Shown here: one piece after another, positions 1-11,000 of the stretch | Layout: each line of letters starts with the position of its first letter | How positions within the stretch are numbered: position 1 is the stretch's first letter | Source: Hormiphora californensis | Lineage: Eukaryota; Animalia; Ctenophora | Assembly: GCA_020137815.1 (NCBI GenBank) | Contig: CM035351.1 | Location: forward strand, 9,300,001 to 9,364,000 | DNA length: 64,000 bases | Direction of reading: 5' to 3' | Notes under the pieces: model-generated | The model's database searches: none | What the model saw: only the letters and a program-made list of their open reading frames with translations | What the model was told of the DNA's origin: nothing | Program-made: the position numbers and the translations under genes

Positions 1-269
1 GGGTATGGACTGGGAAGAAGCTGGGTTGTTCAAATTAAGAAGGAGGAAGGGGGCATACAGGGGGAGGAAGGGGTAGGAGTAAAACACTAGGTGATATAAC
101 AGTGAATTGTACAAATATAGCATGGTGATATAAAATTGAGCTGATGTTAAAAATAGCACGAACAAACAACAATTCCATATAAGTCCTGATGTTTCGATTT
201 GTGTTCCACGAAGGATTCTCATCTTCTATTTCTGTTTACTAGATCATCTAACAAGTAATGACAGACACT

Positions 270-1076
270 TCATTCCTCAAAATCCTCGTTAGGAGCACAG
301 AGGTATTCTACAAAACTAGTGCTCCCATCCTCAGTCCTGATCATGTATTGTAGGGACAGGAATCCCCTATCATCCATCCTCATTGACACCTTAGTACTTT
401 GCAACAGAGCCTTTATAGAGGGTTTCAGTAGAGTTAGTTTGTATCGGTTGACCTGAGTCTTGGTGCACTCAAACGATTCCACCATATCAGAATCCCTGGG
501 GAACTCACTGGAGGTAGTACCAGCCTGTCCGAATGTAGAGAGACGTAACCATGGCTCATCTGGTGACATTAGGATCTCTAGTACTGGGCTGCTATCATCC
601 AGATCTGTGAATGTGTCCCTCAGACACTCTGATTTCATTATAATCTTGTTAACAACACCCAGACTAGTGAAATTAAAATCTAGAATCTCGTCAGCATCAA
701 GGGTCTTTATGTTACACTCGGTAACCACCCCTCCCTCTTCCAGAACCAGGCCGAGAGACTTAGCAGGTTCATCGTAGAACATTTTGAGGGATGTGACAGC
801 AGACCCAGGACCCCCGAACATGTTCAAACATTCCAATAGTACTGTGAGATTGATCCTGAACACTAGAGTATCAGAGGTGAAATTGAAGGACTGGAATAAT
901 GCTTCCTGAATGAACGCATTCACTTGGGCACACTTGCTCTCTTCCACAGTAAACTTTAGCCCGTTACTGCTGATAAATACAGTGGCGTGATCCTTGAACG
1001 AGACAGATTTGAGAACAGTAGACATACAACGGACATTGTCCATGCGAGCCTCAAACATGTGCTGACTGGCCAACAT
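270..1076 (-). CDS. RAD1: Cell-cycle checkpoint protein RAD1 (9-1-1 clamp), intronless
   Basis: 268-aa ORF with Rad1 motifs (GLKFTVEESKCAQVNAFIQ, LLECLNMFG, KVSMRMDDRGFLSLQYMI, FVEYLCAP). Confidence 0.93.
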   Translation of the reverse strand: MLASQHMFEARMDNVRCMSTVLKSVSFKDHATVFISSNGLKFTVEESKCAQVNAFIQEALFQSFNFTSDTLVFRINLTVLLECLNMFGGPGSAVTSLKMFYDEPAKSLGLVLEEGGVVTECNIKTLDADEILDFNFTSLGVVNKIIMKSECLRDTFTDLDDSSPVLEILMSPDEPWLRLSTFGQAGTTSSEFPRDSDMVESFECTKTQVNRYKLTLLKPSIKALLQSTKVSMRMDDRGFLSLQYMIRTEDGSTSFVEYLCAPNEDFEE

Positions 1077-1500
1077 ACCTACAGCTGGGGAGGGTGTGAT
1101 TTGTTAAATATGGAGATCACACCACAGTGTGATTGGAGGTGTGATTTGTGTTTCACTTGATTCCTTTCCAGCGCTCAGTTCGGAGTCTTGTGATCTCACA
1201 CTGCGCGCTTCTCATGTGGTGTATTGGCGCGAGAAAATTAGAATGCTGACACTCTGTGGATGGGAGGTTAGAAGGGCGCGCGTGACGCAGGGACATTCGA
1301 GGACCGGGGATGCGCCACACACGGTACACACTACTGCACAACATCTGTATATATAGGGGTTCTCAGCTCTGAGACAAACTAGGGCATTGGCCAGTGGTTG
1401 ACCGATCATGTAAAAAGTCAAAACAAATTAATCAATCTGAATAAAAATGTTCGATAAAACTAACCCTGACTTTTCACTTTCCAGTCTTGGAATCCCTCAA

Positions 1501-2680
1501 TTATGTCACACCAAGCACCCTTGAAAGTTCAGGTAACTGAAAAAGGGAGATGGTAGGTCAATAATATAGTAAAATAACGTCCAAGTACTTACATCAGATT
1601 GCTGTATGTCAGGGTGCCATAGATCAACTATCAGAACCACTCTAACTTCACTGTCAGATAGATTTCTTGCTGAGTGTATGAATGAATCATCAAACACCAT
1701 ACACTCCCCCTCCTTCCAGGCTCTTTCTTCTCTCCCAACTGTCATTACACAATACCCAGTTTTAGGTACCTGGGTGCCGGGTGGTGGTGAAATATATCGG
1801 TATTACAAATCTAACATGCACAACTGTTCAGAGCTCGCAAAAGAGTTGGCAGATTTCCAAACAAACACAACTCTCTTTGTACCTGTAATGCTAGGTGACA
1901 CCGGGCCCGGGTATTGGTAGGCCCACAGTGGGGTGTTATCTCCGACCCCGGGGGGAGAACGGAAAAGAAGGCATTTCCAAACACAGTCCCTGCTAGAAAA
2001 CCAGGTAGTGTCCCTACTAGAGATGTTGTACGGGGTGCTAACTTACAGTTCTCTTCTATCTAGGAGAGGGGGGGGGTGAAAAGGGAGAAGGTTGAGAAGA
2101 ACCGATACGATACGATACCACCCATTTGCTGACCTTTTTCCCCTGGTTGTAAAGAAAGAATTTTCTCCACAGTTTGTCACACACCCAATTATCTTGACAA
2201 TTAGTTTGAACCATCTCATACTCCATATTCACAATCCTGAAAACAATAGTCATTGACAAAATGATAAATTGACAAAATGATAAATTAACAACGAACCTCA
2301 CATTTCTACAGAGAATGGTCTCGACAGAAGGGACACTCAGCCATTTGTTATCGGATAGGTTAGATAGGTAGCAGACAACAGGCCTCCTTTTACTTGACAG
2401 GGTTTCTGTGTTAAACGTTAGTCTTCCATCTAAATGTGATCCAATAACCTGAGAAACATTTGTCAGATAAGATCTGCTGAATAGTACTACAATGTGCTGA
2501 GTAGGTCACCTCATTACGTAAGCGTGTCTGAAGTTGTTCTGAGCATCTGATGCACTCAGGGTTTGGACAATTGCCAGCCTTGTCAGACTCGTCATATTCT
2601 TTTCTGAATAACCTCCTGATGTGAAGATCAACATATCGTGTATTTGCCACTTTTCAATATTTATATTCATGGTTAAAGGC
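1501..2680 (-). CDS. Aspartate beta-hydroxylase domain-containing protein (ASPHD1/2-like), multi-exon; start uncertain
   Basis: Exon peptides CPNPECIRC, WRKFFLYNQGKKV, ITPHCGPTNTRARCHL, WKEGECMVFDDSFIHSA...VVLIVDLWHPD; short last exon LPELSRVLGVT* after TTTTTCAG. Confidence 0.8.
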
Positions 2681-2712
2681 CATGATTAAAAACAGAGTGG
2701 ATAGTACCAATA

Positions 2713-3571
2713 CAGTCGGACCCCGATTTAGGGACACCCTCGGGGGAAAGGGTCTTGTCCACTAAATCGGGGTGTCCACTAAATCGGGGTGAGCCATATT
2801 TGGCCCATAAAAACATATTTTATTGCCCAAAATGCTATATTATTAAGACTAAAGACACCTCTAACTGTTATATGCAATATTCATGTATTGATGACATGAT
2901 CATTTCTGATTAGAAAAAGAAAAATATAAAATAATTCTTTTTCAAAAAAATGTGGAAAATTTTCCAAGTTATACCAGCCCGTCCGGTTTGTATTTCGAAT
3001 CGGTGCAACTTACTGGATATCCTGTCTAATTAGCGGGTTCAAAACGAACCGATACGTGATACCATACCGAATCGGGGCACCCTAAGCGGGTGAGGAAGTA
3101 TAAAAATTTCAAAATAACTTTTTCTCTCAAAATTTATGGGGAGCACCGATCAAAGCATTGACAATCGTACTGTAAAATTTTGCAAAAAAGTTAAAAAAAA
3201 AAGGTATACCAGCCACGTCCGAATCGTGTTTCGAATCGGTGCATCTTATCGCATGTCCTGCTGCTAATTAGACGGAACGAATCGAAACGTGATCCCCATC
3301 GAATCGAAATTTTGACGCTTGGACCTTGGTGAACTTGTGATTCAATGGGCACCATGGGGATCACGTATCGGTTCGTTCCGAACCGTCTAATTAGCAGAAG
3401 GACATGCGATAAGATGCACCGATTCGAAACACGATTCGGACATGGCTGGAATCTTTTTGAAAAATTTCACAAAAAATTTCCCAAAAAAATTCAAAAATTT
3501 TTGGGGGAAAAAATCCTGTCCCTAAATCGGGGTGTCCCTAAATCGGGGGTCCCTAAATCGGGGTCCGACTG
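2713..3571. mobile_element. Non-autonomous Tc1/mariner-type DNA transposon (MITE)
   Basis: TIR CAGTCGGACCCCGATTTAGGGAC at both ends, TA on both flanks, subterminal CTAAATCGGGG repeats, internal ~85-bp inverted repeat (about 3217-3300 vs 3355-3442). Confidence 0.88.
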
Positions 3572-3889
3572 TAGTAGTATAGTTACCATAAAACGGTGGT
3601 TATTATTATGAGAAGAAGGGAGGTAACGGACAACGTGATCTCTCTTGTTGCGGTTTGGCGCCAAAACGTCATAAGTCATAACATAGCTGTATAGGTGAGA
3701 GAGAGAAATAGAAGTTGTTTTTCTTAGCATTTTGTTGTACTAACATGAAATATGACTCGATTATATTTGGTAGAATTAATTTACACAACATAAGCTTTAT
3801 ATCGTCTTTACACCCACTACTACTATGGGATTACTATCTCACAGTCACTTTGTTAATCACTTTGTTAATCACACATTATCAGATCTCCC

Positions 3890-4915
3890 TCACCCACACG
3901 TACTACTCCATGTAGTTCCTGTGACAGCACGCATCCACATTCTAACATTGTTCCGACGTGTATTCATTGATAGATTGTTGTTATAAAACACATCCCTAAC
4001 CCGCTTGGTGTGCGAATAAGGCTTTGTTTTATCTCTGTCCCTCGCTAACTTGTCGTGAACCGCAACCCCGAAATTTGTTTTAATTCCATCTCTCCTCAAC
4101 TTCTGGAGTTGTTTAATTTCCCCTTTCAACTGGTTTACCCGGTCAAAGTTTTTCTGTAGGGTCTCTACTTTCTCCTTCGTAAGAAACCGGGCCAGTTTCA
4201 GGACGGTTTGTATGGGGAACTCTTCTTCTGGTGATAGTTCAATTGGAGCCATTTTAGGAGGAGGATCTAGGGGGTTAGAAGGTGGGGGTGTGTCTATTAA
4301 CATGTTACCATACTCGTAATATAGATTCTCCAGCAACCTCCGTCTCTTCAACGTGTTTCTGTATTTCCACATGATTCCAATTTGTAACTTGTCCACAATT
4401 TCCTCCCCGCCCTCGCCTGCCATAAAGTCCTCTTCTGCTGAGTTGTTATACCGCACCTCCCAGTCCCCTCGTTTAGCCTCAACCACAATTCGAGGGATGC
4501 CTCGTAACCGCTCTGTCAGACCCTCAGATGCGGTCTCTCCTGGCTTTATTGTGTTGTATTTAGCGTTACGGTGAAGGTCCAGGGAGGGATGGATTGGGTA
4601 GTCGATAAATGATGTATAGAAGTGTCGCTCACACATCTCCATTGTCTTATCGGGGAAGTGGCTGGCTACTAGTTCCCAGTTGGTACCATACCTCTCAACA
4701 CCACTCAGCAGTTTAGTGTCCTGCGCTGCCGTCCAGGCCGGGTCAGTTAGGGGTAGGTTGGTGTGGATTAGCCGGTACGGGTGGGTCGCCTTGTGGGTTG
4801 CATTGGATATACCGTGGGAGAAACATGGTAGGCAGATAGAGACAGAGGGAGAGCAGGTGGCACAGAGAATGTAGGGGAGGGTCAACTTGTCGCTGCAGAA
4901 CCTGCATCTACCCAT
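3890..4915 (-). CDS. TADA2: Transcriptional adapter 2 (ADA2) homolog, intronless
   Basis: N-terminal ZZ finger (CRFC...CATC...ICLPCFSHG...HKATHPY), SANT domain (WTAAQDTKLLSGVERYGTNW), ADA2 motif KRGDWEVRYNNSAE. Confidence 0.85.
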   Translation of the reverse strand: MGRCRFCSDKLTLPYILCATCSPSVSICLPCFSHGISNATHKATHPYRLIHTNLPLTDPAWTAAQDTKLLSGVERYGTNWELVASHFPDKTMEMCERHFYTSFIDYPIHPSLDLHRNAKYNTIKPGETASEGLTERLRGIPRIVVEAKRGDWEVRYNNSAEEDFMAGEGGEEIVDKLQIGIMWKYRNTLKRRRLLENLYYEYGNMLIDTPPPSNPLDPPPKMAPIELSPEEEFPIQTVLKLARFLTKEKVETLQKNFDRVNQLKGEIKQLQKLRRDGIKTNFGVAVHDKLARDRDKTKPYSHTKRVRDVFYNNNLSMNTRRNNVRMWMRAVTGTTWSSTCG

Positions 4916-5059
4916 GGTGTGTGCTACAAGAGGGAGGAGGGCGGTTAGGAAGGTAGGAACAGAAACAAGTCATGATTTGAGGAAAGAAAGCTAAAAACAC
5001 CACCGAATCTCTCTAAAAATGTATTTTTAAAAGGTTAATAAATTAAAATGGCAGGACAT

Positions 5060-8000
5060 CTAGGCTCCCTCCGTGAGCATATTTCCCTGTTCGTCTGTTT
5101 CAGCAGGTGCTGCACTCAGGTCCAACTCATCCAACAACTCTTCAAGACCAACACGGGGTGCCAGGACCTCCTCAGCCTCTGCCATCCATTCCTCCTTCTT
5201 GTACATGTTGACATTCTTCCTCAGGTCAGGGTCCTCTTCTAGATCCTCCAGGAAGTCGTTATAGTCACCTGATGGGGGTATGTTAATGGAACCTTGTGTG
5301 AAACCTACACTTAGACAAAAGAGAATTGAGGAGTGCAATCATTCATACCATTTTCAGTAGCTGTTTCAGAGACAGAGGTCATACGCTGCATTCGCTTCAG
5401 CTTGAAGTTTCTGCCCTTGTTCCTCTTCATCTTATTAGGGTAGATCTTCTTCACCAGAATAATATCCGGCCTCTAGCGGAGATAGGGTTAGGAATCAGGG
5501 ACAGGTAGATATTGTATATGGTAGACATACAGAGTACAGACTACAGACACCCCGTATCACGAACCTGTTTAACTTTATCGAATATAGGATTGTTAACAAC
5601 AGCATGCTCCACATCAAAACCCAGAACATAGTCCCCACACTGTAGTACACCACCCAGGTGGGATCTAGTGTGAATCTCGTCATCATCGGTACCTGTAAAC
5701 AGAGAGGGTTAGGATTTCTAGTGGACAGTCATAGTGGAAAGAGGCTCTTGGCCCTCAACTAATAAGAGGCAAAGAAAAACTAAGTTTTTAGAATTTCATA
5801 GATTGTAAAATAGCGAGATAGCTGATTGATATCCCATACGCCACTACACTTACCCAGGCAGTTGAGAGGTAACACCCACACACTTACCCAAACAGTTGAG
5901 AGGTAACACCCACACACTTACCCAGACAGTTGAGAGGTAACACCCACACACTTACCCAGGCAGTTGAGAGGTAACACCCACACACTTACCCAGACAGTTG
6001 AGAGGTAACACCCACACACTTACCCAGACAGTTGAGAGGTAACACCCACACACTTACCCAGACAGTTGAGAGGTAACACCCACACACTTACCCAGCCAGT
6101 TGAGAGGTAACACCCACACACTTACCCAGACAGTTGAGAGGTAACACCCACACACTTACCCAAACAGTTGAGAGGTAACACCCACACACTTACCCAGACA
6201 GTTGAGAGGTAACACCCACACACTTACCCAGACAGTTGAGAGGTAACACCCACACACTTACCCAGGCAGTTGAGAGGTAACACCCACACACTTACCCAGA
6301 CAGTTGAGAGGTAACACACCACTACATTTACCCAGACAGTTGAGAGGTAACACCCACTGCACTTACCCAGGCAGTTGAGAGGTAACACCCACACACTTAC
6401 CCAGGCAGTTGAGAGGTAACACCCAAACACTTACCCAGGCAGTTGAGAGGTAACACCCACTACATTTACCCAGGCAGTTGAAAGGTAACACCCACTACAC
6501 TTACCCAGGCAGTTGAGAGGTAACACCCACTGCACTTACCCAGACAGTTGAGAGGTAACACCCACACACTTACCCAGACAGTTGAGAGGTAACACCCACA
6601 CACTTACCCAGACAGTTGAGAGGTAACACCCACACACTTACCCAGACAGTTGAGAGGTAACACCCACACACTTACCCAGACAGTTGAGAGGTAACACCCA
6701 CACACTTACCCAGGCAGTTGAGAGGTAACACCCACTGCACTTACCCAGGCAGTTGAGAGGTAACACCCACACACTTACCCAGGCAGTTGAGAGGTAACAC
6801 CCACACATCAGCCAGGACGTGTTTAGTGCTGTGTGGTCCGTACTGCTTCTCTTTACTCCTAATAGGCTCAACATTCATCACCATGAACTCTCTGAGTTGT
6901 TTCTGATGGCAGATCGCCCCGAACTGATCCTTGAAGAACTGGGTTGAGTTGAGTTGTCCTATCTTTAGTGTGCACGGGTCCATCAGGTGTATGTTATCTG
7001 GGGAAGGAGGAGGAGGGGTGATGGAGGGAGGTGGTGATGATAGTGTATGGTTAGATTGACGAAGAAGTGGAATTAGATTGAGGAGTGAGGAGATGTATAT
7101 CTTACCAGATATCCTGGTACAGATAGCGATCTGGGCCATGTGGTTGAGATACCGAGAGATACCACCTGTCAAACATACCACCTCGTCCTTGCAAATCGGT
7201 GTTATCTGGGGAATAGAAAGGTTTTTATTTCACTCAATTACATAGAATACTTTTTTCCACGGCCTTCATTTTTCAGAGCACTTGCCACTTGTGCTATACA
7301 ATAATACGCGGGCAAGGGTGTGGGATATGAGAGATACCCATGTTCCCCGTCCCTCCAAGTTCACTTCCCCCTCCCCTCAGTTTAGTTATAGATATGACCT
7401 GGTGCTTATTGACATGTGAATGCTTTGGACGTGTGAACGTGTTGAGAGAGTCCGGTTAGACATGTGGAATGCATCGATAGACAGAGAGAGCTAGTGAGAT
7501 CGGCAGAGTTGCTAGTAGAGTCTAGATTAGTTTTAGGGAAAGTTATATTCAGATCTATGAGTCTGAATAGGCCGCCAGCTTGACTTGAAAGGTGTGAACA
7601 GTTCTAGTCGGGAAGCGTGTCGCAAACTTTGGTAGGATCCCTGTTGTTTCTGGTACAGAAGTCACGTGACTGTTTTGTTGACGGGATATTTAAGCAGAAG
7701 TGAAGAGAGATATCGGGGGGCTTCTGCCTTCCCCCAGCACTGAACATCGTGTGTGAGTCTCGTCCGTGTGATCGACCGTTGCTGAGTTTGGATATGATCG
7801 TGTTTATGAGTCTATGATGAATGAATGTGTGAATGATGAACTTTGTGTGTGAGATCTTCCGAAACAGTTACGAACTTGGTGAACCACTGTGTTTTGAGAT
7901 TCCCTGGGTGACGAACCCGCAGTCTGAACAAGCCTAACAACCACCCACCCACATCTGAACATCTAACATCCCCACCCCGTGTGCGTTCAACTGGAACCCC

Positions 8001-11000
8001 CGGCGGGACTTCTGTGTAATATCCTACTGCCATTCCCCGAGATAGTACCTGAGCTAGTGTTGTCGGCACAATCTAGTACGTTGTACATGCGGGGATTTCA
8101 TTGTGAGTGTGATTGGTTATGAAATTTGGTGCTCGTGATCGCTACCTAGAGGAACTGAAGCCCTGTTGACAGCATTTTATGGACAGTGACGGTGTGATGT
8201 GTGAGATCCTTATTTTGGAATATCGACCCTCCTCGACCTCAGTGTGATATCGTATTGCTTTGCCCCGAGATAGTACTTGAACTAGTGTCGTCGGCACGAT
8301 ATCTAGTGCGCTGTACATGCGGTGACTAAATTCCATCTGAGTGAGCAGTGATACATCGATGTCCCGTGTTCCTGTGATTTCATGTTCCCGTGTTCCTGTG
8401 ATTCCGTGTTCCTGTTTTCCCGTGATTCCGTGTTCCCGTGTTCCAGTGTTCCTGTGTTCCCGTTCATGTGATTCTGGTGGTTCTGCGATGCTGTGAGGAA
8501 GTGACGTAACTACTGATGTGGATACTGCAACCATCACCTTGAAGCTAAGCTGACCGTTACAACGAACTGTAAGTCTGTCTAAGAACATTTTGTGGGTTTT
8601 AAATTTTAGTTTTAGTTGGGGTTATGGACTGGCAGCTTTCAAATATGACGAACTTTTGTCTGTCGGAGAACAACGAGTAGTAATCTCTAAACCGACCCGT
8701 TGAGACCCACGTTTTTCTCTACATACGAGTTGTTCTCTGTTAGAATTGCTCTGATAGAACTGTGCCGTGTGAGTACATAGCCCTGATTAATTTTCATTGT
8801 ACCAGAAACAACATTTAGAAACCTAGATGGTAGTGGTAGTGGAGTTCCGAGTTTCTTTGAGGTTCTCAGAGTTGAGTTGAGAGGCCTGTCTTTGCATTTC
8901 TTAGCCGTCTGACTTGTCTTATGGTAGAGCTCAGGTTGATTTAGTTTTCTTAGTTTAGTTTAGTTTAGTTTTAGCTTAGATTTCCACGACCCCCGTTGCT
9001 TCCTTTTGATATTATGAGTGAGAGTGAGAGAGAATTTAGTAGGATTGTTTAGAGAGAGATACAGAAAGATTCAGGGAGATACAGTCTGTATTACAGAGAG
9101 AGACAGAGCAAGCTTAGAGATATTATAGACAGTCAAGAGTTAGGAGACAGATCAGTATGTTATGCCGAGTTGTCAGAGTTTGAAAGTGTTTAAGTGATAA
9201 GTGTTAAGTGATAAGAGCGTTGAATTGTGATAAGGTTGTGCACTTTTCATATGAGACGTCGTATGAGTAGGCGTGAGACGTCATGAGGACCCAAGCGGGA
9301 ATATTATCACCTGGTAGCAATTCCCCTGCCTTAGAGATAATTGTTGTTTTGATGTTCACTCGTTGTTTAGGCTGATTACCAAAACACGAATTCCAGAGTG
9401 GCCTAATCAACCGCTTACTGGGAGAACTGATCAATGACATCTTGGGTCGTAGGGAGTAGAGAATAGTGAATAGTGACTTGTACATTGAAACGAGTCAGTA
9501 GACTGTCGAGTGAACGTGAGCTGAGCTGCATTGATATGAGTGAGTAGGGTTTTAGATAAGAGTGAGTTCAGTGTTAGATAAGAGTGAGTAGATTGTTAGA
9601 TAAGAGGGAGTACAGTTTTAGATACGAGTGAGTAAAGCGTTAGATAAGAGGGAGTATAGTGTCGAGTGTCGAGAGAGAGCCAGGAGTATCATAGAAGCAA
9701 CCCCTGTATAAGAGAAGCAGTTATAGAGTCATTGAACCGAGTTCATTTTGGTTCTGAGATATTGATTTTGATGTTTAATGATCAGTTCAATACTCATAGT
9801 CAAAGTGAGTTATGGTTTGTTGATTCTTTTGAGTTAGGATGTACCTTGATGTCTCTCTTGTGTAGTTTTGCAACACAAAGTCACGTATAGGAAGAGAATC
9901 ATCTAGCACGGATGTAGTTGTGTTTGATGATAGCTGGGGCTCGTCGTTGTGATTGTTAGGAATTTAAGCGTTTGCACGCTTGTTTCTTTCATTGATCAGG
10001 ACTAGGCCAGTAGAGCTGCCCAGAGTGGTTTTGTAACGAATTAAGCGTCGGCACGCTTTTCCTTGCAGTATCACGTGGGGCATTGAGTGAGTAAGAGTAG
10101 AATTAGAGTTTTAACGTTTAATCAGTTTGTATCATTCTCCCATCCCGTTCCTTGCCACATACTTGTAAGGCCCAACCCCATAGTGATAGAGGGGAGCGCC
10201 CAATGGGTGCTCGGTCATGAGGGCGTGATCTGACGAGAAAATTTTTAGCTGCTTCCTTATCTTAGTCTTACACTTTTCCTTGTTAGTTGTATTGGTCTTA
10301 TTCTCCCCGTTATTTGTGCAACATATGTCGCGGTCTCCGACCTACACCACGAGTTTACGCCCGACGGTGTGTTTGTGCGAGAGTTCACGGCTTTGTTGTA
10401 CAACCGGTGAGAGTAATCGTCATTAGATAATTTTCTGTGTAAATTAGAGTATCTACCTTAATAGAGAGCGTAATTAATTGCAATATCGCCTGAGTGAGTG
10501 AGTGAGTGAGTGAGTGAGTGAGTGAGTGAGTGAGTGAGTGAGTGAGTGAGTGAGTGAGTGAGTGAGTGAGTGAGTGAGTGAGGGAGTGAGTGAGTGAGTG
10601 AGTGAGTGAGTGAGTGAGTGAGTGAGTGAGTGAGTGAGTGAGTGAGTGAGTGAGTGAGTGAGTGAGTGAGTGAGTGAGTGAGTGAGTGAGTGAGTGAGTG
10701 AGTGAGTGAGTGAGTGAGTGAGTGAGTGAGTCATGAGTGAGTGAGCAATGAAAGTTAGAATTTAGTTAGTTTGAGTAGGTCTGCTTGAGCGGTATCATAG
10801 TCGGGATTCAGATTTGTCTGGTTGAGCCGGTGTTTCCTGCTGAGTGGTTGTGCAAACAGTGACGTTTCGGCCGAACTTCGGTGTTTGAAAACTGCAGCCG
10901 TAGGAACTTCGCCCAGACGAACCCTGGTAGACCGCTATAGACGAGATCGAGTAGAATTTAGAAACCCACATTCTTCCTGTGGAGCAACGGGTGATCTTTA

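Noticed and set aside
5841-6807. 34-bp repeat array as a CRISPR array
   Set aside because: Units are head-to-tail with no unique spacers, there are no cas genes, and the context is eukaryotic
8142-9485. Minus-strand ORFs inside the LTR element as gag or accessory genes
   Set aside because: Short, partly tandem-repeat derived, with no zinc knuckle, protease, RT or integrase motif recognised
10225-10250. CTGACGA-GAAA as a hammerhead ribozyme core (retrozyme hypothesis)
   Set aside because: No stem II between the conserved boxes, and it is not within the LTRs
10474-10734. THSL-repeat ORF, and the SL/ER-repeat ORFs near 50888-51276 and 53950-54471
   Set aside because: Translations of (GAGT)n and (CT)n microsatellites
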